From Lama glama (taxonomy: Eukaryota): DNA of 64,000 nt. The first letter of the stretch is position 1. The number at the start of each line of letters is the position of its first letter. The notes under the pieces are model-generated. The model ran no database searches. It was not told the origin of the DNA and worked only from the letters and a program-made list of their open reading frames with translations. Positions 52,630-64,000 of this stretch are shown here, piece after piece. The position numbers were made by a program, and so were the translations under genes. Where the stretch lies: NCBI GenBank assembly GCA_028534125.1, contig CM052817.1:11534001-11598000 (forward strand), given 5' to 3'.

Positions 52630-54170
52630 CTACCATATTGAAAAATACTTTTATTTACCGTTAATTTTTAAATGGCTAAATAATATTCAAGGTACAGATA
52701 CATCATTATTTATTTAACTGTACCCCTACCATTGGGCATTTAGGTTGTTCCAATTTTTCTATGTTGTAAATAATACTGGAATGAAAATTCTACTGTTGTA
52801 TACATGTACATATACACACAGTAAACACACACATATACATGAATATGTGCACATACAGAGCTGTTTCGCTCAAATAAATTCCTGTAAGTAGAATGACTTG
52901 ATCAAAGGCCTTTCACATTTTTAAGGCTTTAAAGATTATCAGGTTAACTGCCAGTGTTTCTGCATTAATTTACCCTACCACTGGGAATATATATGGAATA
53001 TATGAATATATATTGCTATACAATATTAAATTTGTAAAAATGTTTTTGAGGTTTAATTTGTGTACAATAAGTCCACAGATTTTAAGTGCTCAGTTCCATA
53101 AGCTTTGACAATTGTATACACTCATGTAACTGCCACACCCCAAAAAATATAGAACATTACCACCACCTGGAAACTTACCTTGTGCCCTCTTCCTTAATCA
53201 CCATCCTGTAGAGGCAAGTATTGTTTGATTTCTAATTTTGCCTATTTAGGGGCTTCTTATATATATGGAATCACACAGGAGGTATTCTTTTGTTTCTAGT
53301 TTCTTTGCTTTCATTTTTGAGATTCATCCATGTTGCAAATATCAGTAGTGTCCTGTCATATGATGTCACTACAATGGAAAAAAAGTCTGTTCTCTGGTTG
53401 ATAAATACTTGTATTATTTCCATGTTTGGGCTATAAGGAATATGAGTTTTTGTGAATGTATGTTTTTCATTTGGTTTGTCTTAAGTAAATACCTAAAGTG
53501 GGATTGCTGGGTCATAGGTAGATGTGTATTTAACTTTTAAAGAAACTGACATGAGCTCTCAAAAGTGGTTGTACAACTTTCTGCTTCCACCAGCAGTGTG
53601 TGAGAGTTCTAGATGCTTCTTATCCTAGCAAACAGCTGTCAATCTTTTAGATTTCAGCCATCCTGGTGGTTGTGGGACTGTTAATTCCTATTTTCCTTTT
53701 GACTAAGGATGTTGAGCTTCTTTGTATATGCTTATTGGCTATTCATATATCTTTTGTAAAGGATTTGTACAACTCTTTTATCCATTTTTACAAATTGAGT
53801 TTTCATTTTATTATTGATTTATAGGAGTTCTTTATATGTTTTGGACACAAGTTCTTCATCAGATATATGTGTTGTGAGTTTTATTTTCTAGAGTGTCGTT
53901 TTATATGGAGAAATTTTAATTAGGATAAAGTGTAATATATCGTTTCTTTCTGTTGTGCTTAGTTGTTTCTTGTGTATTTTAAGAAATTTTTGCCTACCAC
54001 AGACTTACAAAGACATTCTCCTATTTTTTTTCCTAGGAGCTTTATGGTTCTAATGTTTCCAACATGGTTTATGATTTGTCTCAAATTAACTCTGTTATTG
54101 CAATGAAGTAGGTGTAAGGTCCATTTATTTTCCATTTTTTATATCAAGCTTTCCAACACATTGGTTAAAA
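52630..54170 (-). mobile_element. Old L1 3' fragments
   Basis: tttgagattcatccatgttgc...gggattgctgggtcatagg...ccaccagcagtgtgtgagagttc...cttattggctattcatatatct. Confidence 0.8.
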
Positions 54171-54781
54171 TAACGTCTTAAAAATATTTGCTAATACATA
54201 AGTATAAGTTGTGTTTTATCGTTGCTCTATGTCCTGATGAACTGTTGGCTTTGAGTACTTCCCTAAGGTTCCATGTTCCTACAATTTAGAGTCACAGCTG
54301 TTCCAGTAGCCAACCCCAAAGGGCTACATTTCTGACTTCAGTAAAAGAAATCTCGTTTTCTTTTTGAGAGATGTAAAGTTACCTTAACAGGACTGATCTA
54401 GTGACACCCATGTTAATCAAGATTAGAAAATACCCAGAAGAATTATTGGCAACCATCTATCTACTTTAAATTAGTCAGGATTTAGACTGATTTATGAAGC
54501 ATTAAGATGGGCATATTTCTATGATGTTGCTCAACTGGAAAAGGTTGAATTGTCCAACATGGGTTAACACATAGGGAAAGACTAATTGTATCAACTACTT
54601 AAAATAGTATAATAACTTATATCTGTAAAGCATGAGCTGTGCTTCTAGGGAAGTAAAAGAAACTTGTTTTAAATACATTTGCTATAAAGGCAAACAGAAT
54701 ACATTTCAAGGAAGCAGTTTACGCTGACAAGTTAAACCAAATTACTTTGGCGATTTGCTCTTGGATTTCTGTGACCTACAG

Positions 54782-54831
54782 AAAGTAGGAGCCATCTACC
54801 TGACATCAAAATTTGAGTTCCTCAGAAAAGG
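54782..54831 (+). ncRNA. Candidate 50-nt plus-strand exon (antisense transcript?)
   Basis: ggatttctgtgacctacag|...AAAAGG|gtaagt in unique sequence downstream of the CpG island. Confidence 0.3.
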
Positions 54832-55297
54832 GTAAGTCTCAACCCCACTGACTTTTTCAGGGGTTACCCTGTACATAGATGGGCTCGTGCTCTAAGGAGA
54901 GTAGAACATTCTCATTCGTTTTAGAGGGGTGACATCTGAGAAAAGCGACTCACTAAGCAGCTATAATAATGCCAACAGAGAGTACATTTACATCTTCTGA
55001 TAATACAATTCATATAATTCTTTATGCCACATAAATCTTTTCCACACACTTCCAGATATTTGGCTTCCATAAACTCTATTACAGCTATAAAGTGAGCTCA
55101 CATCTTCCTTTTTGCTGGTATTTTTCTGTCAGTTAACTTCTTCCCATGACCTCTAGTAGTGATGTTGTGTCACTTGGACTTAGAATCCTAAATAATTTTT
55201 CCTCCATTCTATCTTCTTTTCTGATAGGGCTTATTATTTAATTATCTAAAAATATTTCTCACACATACTGTATTATGGTTTGTATTTTATAACTCAC

Positions 55298-55391
55298 CAC
55301 ATCTTAATTTCTTATTTTCTATTTGGTGACTAAAAACTAAGGCCAAGCTCAATACAAAGGCGAGTAATTGCCACAAAGAGAGCATTGTCAT
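55298..55391 (-). CDS. Candidate exon A: signal peptide MTMLSLWQLLAFVLSLALVFS + HQIENKKLRC
   Basis: Two in-frame ATGs with A at -3; about 17-residue hydrophobic core ending V-F-S; phase-1 donor TGTG|gtgagt; unique sequence. Confidence 0.5.
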
Positions 55392-58300
55392 AATTTCCCC
55401 CAAGGAACTCCATCTTGTTAACTGTTTAAAATTGCTGAGCACATTTTTCGTAATAGATTTATCATTTATTTCCACTAGTACTTTTATGCTGCTAAAAACT
55501 ACTTTGTGTACTGAGTAGAATTCTAGTAATATCTGTGGCAGCAGTTCTGTCAAAACACTTGAAAAGAACGGTCACTCATCATGGAAATTTTGAAAGCCTC
55601 CATCCCTGCAAAAATGTGTTTTGTTTTGGAAGCTATGCAAAACAGCTTAAAGTTTGGAACAGCCGTGGGAGCAATCCTCAGAGAAACATTTTAGTTTTCC
55701 AATTAGAGAATCCAGGACAGTGTCACAGGAACCAGTCTAGACAACATCACCTTATCTAAGATAGTTCTAATCCCGCCTTCTAAGAGGTTCTCTGCAACAG
55801 CAAAGTTTTTATTTTCAGCACTGTCCTAACAATGTATCGGCAGCTTAAAGAATTGCAGTGTCTTAAATGCAAGGCACTGAAGATCCAAATCCTCCAACCT
55901 GATCCTTTCTGACAGAGGAGAAAGGCCAATAAACCAACCCCAAATGGTGTTATCAGGAGCAGTGCATAATTAAAAGCCATCTGCATGTCTTGTATGCCCC
56001 TTTCTGTATGTGAAATAGGGCTAGCACTATGTGAGTACTTAAAAGCTCCTTTCAAAAAATTTAAAATCCTTATTGAGACATTATCCTACAGTGCAGAGAA
56101 TAAGACAAACCAAAGTATTCATGACCAGCCCCCTCCCACTTCTTATTTTCTTAGAATATGTGAGTGATTTACAACCAAATTAACATAATGCCATACCACC
56201 AACACTAGAAATGTTTATTGTAGATTTAAAAATATTCTATGATTCGTGAAAAGAAGTTAAGCTGTAGGAGCTAAGAGAATAATGTTGTTGTGTGTCTACG
56301 TCAAGATTATAGACCAAAGTTCAGTCTGAATTCTAACGGAGGCTGTGCTCCACGCCCACAAACAAATGCTGGTTACTAAGCCCTCAGATTCAGAAGTTTT
56401 GTTTTTTCTTCTTTAGGGTGAACTTGACTTCTAAAAAGATATTTAATATGTTTTTCTTTAGTAGTAATTAATTGGTGAAGAAGCCTATTCATTAATCCTT
56501 GTAAGAGGATTGAGTCATAATTATTAGAAGATTGGCTTATCCTACACAGATCATCAGTACCACCTGAGAACACGTTTTCATGTTGTGTTCCTGTGGTTTG
56601 GGATGTTACATAAGGGAATCTGGATTGTTATAGAGGGGAAATTGGCCCTCTTGCCCTCAGAAATCCCTTCTTACTCTCAGATTCCATGATTTTATGAGTT
56701 TTGGAATGCTGTATTTCAGCAGTCAGAGTATGTAGGGTTATAATGAAAATTGATATAAAATATTCAAAGGTCAGAATTTTAAAAATGTTTATATTTAAAT
56801 TAACAAAAATAGTTTTAAATGATTTTGCTTCCTACATATCACATCTGTAGAGTTTCACTGTTCTACACTCTCTCTATACTTCCCATGGCACAGAATTCTT
56901 TATTTTGACATCTCAAGCCTGCCTCTTCAGAGGTTCAATTTAATACTTCTTCCCAAATGGTCACTGGTATGTTCAGGTTGGAATACAATGATTGATATTC
57001 CTAAATGCAACAATTCTGAATTCCCGAAGGCTTGTATATAAGCAGAGCATCCATCCAATTTCTCCTTAGAGACTCTAGTGACATACTCTCTAATCCTCAG
57101 GATTTTCTGGTGTCTAGCTGGTCATATCTATAGTTGTTTTCTTTTATCACTCAAAAATGCAGCCAGAACTGTCTGATTACTTTGAGGTTAGAGAATTTGG
57201 CAATTCCAGAATAGTATTCCTTGTCTGTGTCTCTTGTTGCACAAAACCGCAAGGCTTCATGGAGCCACCTGGTTTCTGTGTGGTTTTACGTAGCCAAGAG
57301 ATTCAGTACTCAATGTGTGCCAAGCCTACCTGGAGCTCACAGTGTTTATCCAGTTGGTTTTCAGTTTAGATAGAAAAAGAAGTCTTTCTGTCTTTCAGTC
57401 TTCAGATTGTTTTCTGGTTTAGGATTAATCTTTTCATGGGATGACTGAGAGGAAAGATATATTCTCTGCAGGGAAGTCCTCTTCTCCCTCCTAAGGAGTG
57501 AAGAGTGATCTGGCTTCTGACCTGACAAAATGATTAGCAACTAACCTGACATGAATATCAAGTTGTGTGGTCATTTTCACTGTCAAGTTCTTAAGCATGG
57601 ACAGTCTAATGAAGGGACTTGCTGAGTTCATATTTACATGGAACCCTGGGGAAGGATATGCAAGTGTGTTAAATTCTCTTTTTTCCCCATATTCAAGACT
57701 ACACTTCTTAATTTTTAAAAATCCCAGTTCTCCAAATTTTTATACCTCCATAATGACTTCCAATTCTGGAACACTCTCTTTTTAGCAGTTATTATAAATG
57801 GCACTCAAGAGAAAGCAAGCAAAGGCTTGGAACTTATTCTGCAATAGTTCTGTGGTTTCATTTACTGAAATGATATATACGTGGTATCACATTTCATTAA
57901 TTCTGTAAATATTTATTTCATGTCTACAATGTGTTATCACAGTTATAGATTCTCTGGAGACCATAAAGAGTATGAGACAACTCTAAGTAAAATTGTTTAC
58001 ATTTGAAAGCCTGGGAGTAAAGTGGTTCTAATAATTAATCACAATCTAGAATCAAGAGTTATAATAATAATATGAAACAAATGATTTATTAAAGAGACTG
58101 CTTTCAAAGAAGTACGATAAAATTCTGTGTAAATTTGGATGAAATTCACAATTATTTGAAAAGCTCTGAAAATTAGTATGACAAAGAATTAGAACACTGT
58201 TGCTTATACAAGTAGATTAAAAAAATAAATTTATGCTTTCCTCCTGGCTATGGAAAAATGTTGCTGCCTTGTCTTATTTTCTTATTTCCCCCAAGCTGTA

Positions 58301-59341
58301 GGATAAAAACAAACCTTTTTTCAAAAGAACTAAAAATCCCTAGGTGCAGTGGTTCAGACTGATGAAGCAAGCTCTGTGGATTCGTTGTTTAAGTGGTGCT
58401 TTACATAATTGGAAGGTATAGTTTCAAGGTCGTTGGTATTGAAATAAAATTTAATTGCTAATTTCATTTATATCTGTAACTATAGACACTAAGGGATTAA
58501 CTCTTATTTCAAAAGTGAATGTTTGTTGCTTTTTAAAATCATGTTTTGAAACATGTAATAAATTAAAGATTTGATGTTACTTAACATTGCCACGAGAAAT
58601 GATAGGATGCTAGCATTTTTTTAAGGTCATATAGTACTTTATGCTAGATGCTTTCCACGCATTCTTTCATTTACTTTTACAACTCTAGGGGGAAGCTGCT
58701 CTCTATTTATCTACCCATCCATCCATATACCCAACAAATGTTTATTAAATGCTTACTACGTACTAACCATAATGATGGCAATGATAAGAACAATAAGGTG
58801 TGCCTTGTGAGTAAAGGGGGATACGTGTGCCCGTGATTTGAGTAATTGGGATGGGAGGGTTTGTTCTGGATCTTACACATCACTGATGCTAAAATCCTTC
58901 CCTATCCCGATCCCCGGGGAACTGTTGTAAGAAGCAGCAGTGAAGACAATTATCAGGAATTTGTTGGAATTTCCCAGGTTGTCTGGTCTTAGTGTCTCAG
59001 CATCATGGAAGTGGTCCCTTTGCGTGGGCTGATGATACTCTGACAGTTGTAACTGGGATTGCTGCTGTGGATAGAGAAAGCAGCACTGGTAATTCAGGGA
59101 ATATCTAGAGGGACTATGGATTGATATTCACAGGGTGGGATTTTAGATGTACTTATTTGGATGTTAAAAGAGTGACATCACTGTGTACCCCAGGGTAATA
59201 AGGTTGGACACATGGGTTATATAAATATGAAGAAAGTAAAGTGTTGGAAGTCATATAGGTGATAAGCAAAGACACTAGGATTCAAATCTAGGTTTGTACA
59301 ACCTCTTTTGGCAACTTTTTGAACCATTTGTAGACACTTAC

Positions 59342-59390
59342 CTGAAATGCTTTACTTGAAATTTGCCTCTGCTGCTGCATGAAAAAAAAT
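59342..59390 (-). other. Candidate upstream non-coding exon of the minus-strand model
   Basis: Consensus donor CAG|gtaagt; possible acceptor ctgctttatacag|; cannot be read in frame with exon A. Confidence 0.25.
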
Positions 59391-61206
59391 CTGTATAAAG
59401 CAGAGCACTTTTTGTAAGAGCAAAATGCTTCAGTAAAGGGAAAGTCATTCCAAGTTGTACTCTGACTCACTGTCCTTTGTTCAAATTGTACCATTGACTT
59501 ATTCAGAGACGGAGTGTCTCTATGACTTAATTATGATGAGTATAATAATTGAAAGTAGGTGGTTATATTATGCCAGAGAAGATAATTAAATGGGGAATTG
59601 CACTATTAGCTGGGCTTTTAGTACCATGCATTATCCTTATGAAAGATGATATTATGATTCCACTATACATTGCTCAGACAAAAATATTTACAGAGTCAAC
59701 ACTTCAGATCAGTGGGCTTTAAGAAGTACATTAGGTATGAAAGGCACCCCAGAGATATCATTAAAATACTTTGGAAATTTTACAAGCATAAATACAGGGC
59801 ATTGACTTCCTTTTTGACCAGTAGTTTTATTGTCACAATTGGCAGTTCTTCTTGAACCTACAATTTCAGTAGAAATAAATTAATCATTGAAGTGGGTATT
59901 TTAGAAGCATGGTGGCACCTTAGCTGTAAGTCTTACTGCTCTTTTCTCCTTGAAAATCATATATAAGGTGAATAGAGACAAAATGAGAGTCTCAGCAAAG
60001 CTAGAAAACAGAATTCACAAATTCTTAAGTTACTGCGGCCCAAGCAAATGAAATCAGCATCACCTTCAAGGGAATGATGGGACTGTCGGGGCTGAAGGTA
60101 GGATGAAGAATGGGGGAACATAGAAAGGAGTAGCAGTGGTGGATATTAAAAATCAGAAGCAAATATTTACTCCCAGAGGGAGCAGACCCCTACCTTTCTG
60201 AATGAAAGTGTTGTGAACTGGACTGAGACAGAACAGGGAATAATTGTTAAGGAAGGTGGGTAAAGAAGTTGCAGAAAGTGTCTGGGGAAATCAAGAGGTC
60301 ACTGACTTGTCTTTGAAAATTCTGTGTTCTGACAGGGAGTGGACAGTTTAGAAGGGGAAGGGTATACACCCTTGGTATCAGTGGCAAGCATAGGAAGCAA
60401 GGGCATACTAGCGTTGTGGGTAGAAGCTCTTCTGAACCAGGTTAGGTTCTAAGTGGCAAAGGAGATGTGGATTATATTGTAAATAGTCTACTACTTTAGC
60501 AATACCAGAGAGGACTTTTGAACATAGAAACCTAGAAAACTATTCACTGGCTGTCTTGTTACTAGCTGGTCTAGGAAAATGTGACTCATTTAAATATGAA
60601 TAACAAAAACATATTGAAGACAGCATCCAAACAAAAACATTGTAAGAAGAATGTGCAAAAGAGCACCAATACTCCTCTGTATAAAAAAAAAACACTCATT
60701 GGAAAATGTTTCATGAAGCAAAGGAAAATTATAATCCAACATTTCAGTGTTAATTAAAAAAAATTAATGCAATAAATCAGAAATATAAGAAATCAAAGAA
60801 AAGCCAAACAATCAACAGGAGTTGGCCAGACTGTTGGAGGAGTCAAAGCAGAAGGTGATAGATTTCAGAAAAAAGAAAGAAGGAGAAGAAAATAAATAAT
60901 TTTGAAGTGAAGACTGAATTTCAAAAAGTAAAACAGAACAGATAGTTTAGAAAGCACAGTAAGGGACATAGAAAAAAGAAATGAGAAAAAACAAGCAAAT
61001 GAAATATAAATAAAGAGATACAATGATTCGAAAGCTAGAGATAGAATAAATACAAAGGAAATCCAACATATTCATACTTGGAGTTTCCAAAAGGAAAAAA
61101 CCCAAAAAGTGTAATGGAGCAATTATATAAAAATATAATTTATCAAATAAAAACACAAACTCTCCTGAAAAAAGGAGAAAATCTGAAGTTACATATTGAA
61201 AAGCAT

Positions 61207-61572
61207 TTTAGTCAGTTTGGGCTGCTATAACAAATTACCATAGACTAGCTGGATTAAACAACGTTTATTTCTCATGGTTCTGCAGGCTGGGAAGTTCAAA
61301 ATCAAAGTGCTGGCAGATCTGAAGTCTGGTGAGAACCCTCCTCTTGGTTTGAAGATAGCTGTCTTCTCATAGTATCCTCACATGGTGGAGAGCAGAGAGA
61401 GCTCTCTGGGGTCCCTTTTGTAAGGGTACTAATCCCATGACTAGGTGGACCTGTCACGACCTAATTATATTCCAAAGACCCTACTTCCTAGTACCATCAC
61501 ACTGAGGGTTAAGATTTCAACAAATAAATTTGGTGACAGGTTAGAGGGGACACAATCATTTAATTCATAACA
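61207..61572 (-). mobile_element. MLT1A-like MaLR solo LTR inside L1
   Basis: ttagtcagtttgggctgctataacaaattaccatagact...tttatttctcatggttctgcaggctgggaagttcaaaatcaa. Confidence 0.9.
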
Positions 61573-62079
61573 AAATGGTATGTCACATTCCATGGGAAAA
61601 TGACCAATGGTCAATGCCAAAACATAGCACAGTAGCCTGTAGATGTAAAGAAGCAGTATGTTAGACAGATAAGCTTATGTGACCTATAAGAAAGAAAATC
61701 AAGCATCCATCAGATTTTCCACTGAAACATTGAATTTCAGGTGACAGTGGAACAACATCTACAGCTTATTCAAGGAAAAAATTTGAGTCAGGAATTTTAT
61801 ATTCAGCAAAGCTGTCTTTCAAGTCTGTAGTTTTGAACATGCAAAAGCTAAGGGTATATTATTCACATAAGCCCTTTTTAAGAGAATTTTCTAGAAGACA
61901 AAGTCCAATCTATTAAGAGATGGTAGAGGAAACTTCAGTGAAATAATTAGTGAGCATTGAACACATTTAACCACAGGACAAAATCATAGGTAAGATCAGA
62001 CTGTCAGTGTAGCACGTTGTTATTATGTGCTCTGACAATGTGAAAATATAGGTACAAAAATGCTTGGAAGAGAATTGAG

Positions 62080-62585
62080 GCTGCTGTCCTTTAAAAGCCT
62101 GCCTGAAAGGCTGGTCCTTGGCTGGTACCTGGGAACTTGAATTTCAAGAGGGTTCCTACCTTTCACAACTGGTAAAAGTGGCTTACTGTGGCTACACTAT
62201 ACAAACATTATGGTTTATGCTAAACACCTGCTTCCTTTCTGAGAGCCTAGAATTTTGGTACATGTTAAGCAGAGGGTGCCCTGTGTGACTTGCCCCCAAT
62301 AAAAATCTTGAGCACTGAGTCTCTAGTGGGCTGTGAGGTAGACAGCATTTCACATGTAACATTACGAACTGAGCGACTCCACTGTGTGACTCCACTGTCA
62401 GAGAACTCTTTAAGTTTGTACCTGATTTTCTCAACATTTTGGCCCACGTGCCTCTTCCCTTTGCTGGTTTTGTTTGTATACCTTCACTGTAACAAATCAT
62501 AGCTTGAGAGCAACTATAGCTGCGTCCTATGAGTCCTCCTTGTGAATCATTCAAAATGGAATGTTATTGGGGATCCCCAACACTG
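62080..62585 (+). mobile_element. MER21-like ERVL LTR inside L1
   Basis: gctggtccttggctgg...tttatgctaaacacctgct...gcagagggtgcc...cccaataaaaatcttgagcactgagtctcta...gtcctatgagtcctcct. Confidence 0.8.
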
Positions 62586-64000
62586 ACTAAGGGTAACCAC
62601 TGGAACAAAATACAAACCTTCCAAAATATCAGAATTATAAAAAAGAAATAAATGAGACCACATAGTAAAAGCTTCTATCTATCCCCATCTACCCTTTTAC
62701 CTATAACATGGCAAAACTAAAACCAAAAACTGTGGTAAATCGATAATTATAAATGGGCTTAACTCATCCACTAAAAGAAAAAAGATCTTCAGATTGGATC
62801 ACTAAATAAAACCCAATTCTGTGCTGAAACTGAAAGACACACAACACAAATTAGTGAAATGTTAAAAGAGTAAACAAATTATTTATGCAGATAAGCGAAA
62901 ACCAAAAAAAAAAGTAAGTAGGGATTGCAATCTAAAATATATATCAAAAAATTTAGTCCCAGATACCATTAAATGAGACCAAAAAACTATTCAATTTGCA
63001 ATGAAAATATAGCAGTTACATAGTATTGAAGGATACAGTCCACAACGAAGTTGCAATTGTCATAGTTCTATTTGCACCAAATAAGAACTTCATGAAGGAG
63101 AAAATAGAGGCAATTAATAATGAATAGACAGAAACACTGCCAGTAGAAAGTTTTCATTCATCTCTTTAGTGTTAAAATCAACAGGACAGAAATAGGTATG
63201 TAGGTAGCCTATACAATGTAATCAATGAGGTAGCTCTGGTGGGAGATATATATATATTCAAATTTATACATTGATAATAGAGGATATATTTTTTAAATGT
63301 CTTTGAAACGGTAATAAAATTGACTATATATTAGGCTCCAATACCAAAATGAAGTAAAACAAATGGACTACACTACCACAGTGCAGTAAAACTAGAAATT
63401 AATGGCAAAAGCACAAAATGAAAAAGATTTTCCACCGTGAAAAAACATTTTAAAGCTGTATTAGAGGACCTTAGGAAAAAGGAAAATTGAGCAGAAAATG
63501 CAGAATTTCTTGAAACAAGTTAATGAAAGTAATGCCTATCAGAATCCTAGGGTTAAGCCATTCTCAGAAGAAAATTTATAGCTGTAAATACTTAGAGCAA
63601 TAAAAAGAAACCATAAAAATATGACACAAAAGATAGAAAAAGAAAAAAAAATAAACCAAAGGAAGCCAAAAGAAAGTATTAATGAAAATAAAAGCAGGAT
63701 GGAAGGGGTTGGAGAACATAATGAAAAAGATAAAATAAAACTCTTGTGAAAGGGATGAGATTATCTAAGAGAAAAGGAGGAAAATACATATATACAAGAG
63801 AAATGACAAGAAGGGGGAACAAAACAAAAAGAGAAAACTGAAACATTGTAAGAGGGTATTTTGTGCAACTCTATATAATAAATTTTAAAACTTGAAAATA
63901 GTAATTTTCCAAGAAAATATGACTTAGACCATGACATGTCAATTATGAGTAAAGTACCTGGAAGAGAAAGAAAATCCCAACAGACCAATTTCCATAGGAA

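Larger units (their letters stand above)
59880..64000 (+). mobile_element. Old degenerate L1 (5' region, ORF1 and endonuclease part of ORF2)
   Basis: A-rich sense L1 phrases: ggaattttatattcagcaaagctgtctttcaag; aaatgggcttaactcatccactaaaaga; aaaattgactatatattaggc; tcagaagaaaatttatagctgtaaatac. Confidence 0.75.

Noticed and set aside
62192..62554. 120-aa minus-strand ORF
   Set aside because: Lies wholly within a MER21-like LTR
1..64000. CRISPR arrays, operons, rRNA or other prokaryotic systems
   Set aside because: Sequence is mammalian; no regularly spaced repeats or long intact ORFs

Overview
Repeat-rich, AT-rich mammalian genomic DNA, most likely camelid (one camelid-type tRNA-derived SINE; cetartiodactyl-type L1 3' ends; I saw no Alu, B1, BovB or PRE elements). 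There is a 500-N assembly gap at 6721-7220. Much of the window is old interspersed repeats: L1, L2, MIR, MaLR/ERVL LTRs, a near-full-length Tigger1, MER82, MER63, Charlie and Tc2/Kanga remnants. Family names come from my recall of consensus sequences, not a search, and most repeat boundaries are approximate. I recognise no known protein-coding gene. The main finding is a hand-assembled, unverified minus-strand multi-exon model in the unique sequence. A signal-peptide exon (55391-55298) splices in phase 1, optionally through a basic-residue micro-exon (39443-39426), to an exon (38898-38780) encoding DLTKCSYMMADGSCINIYVGH-GKR. This is the architecture of a prepro-peptide that would give a disulfide-bonded, His-amidated 21-mer. 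Five further phase-compatible exon candidates (30.8, 24.8, 14.6, 9.8 and 9.0 kb) follow a TAG that sits exactly at an exon end. A small CpG-rich, NRF1/MYB-motif promoter-like island at about 44.5 kb, with plus-strand splice sites, lies antisense inside the first intron of this model.
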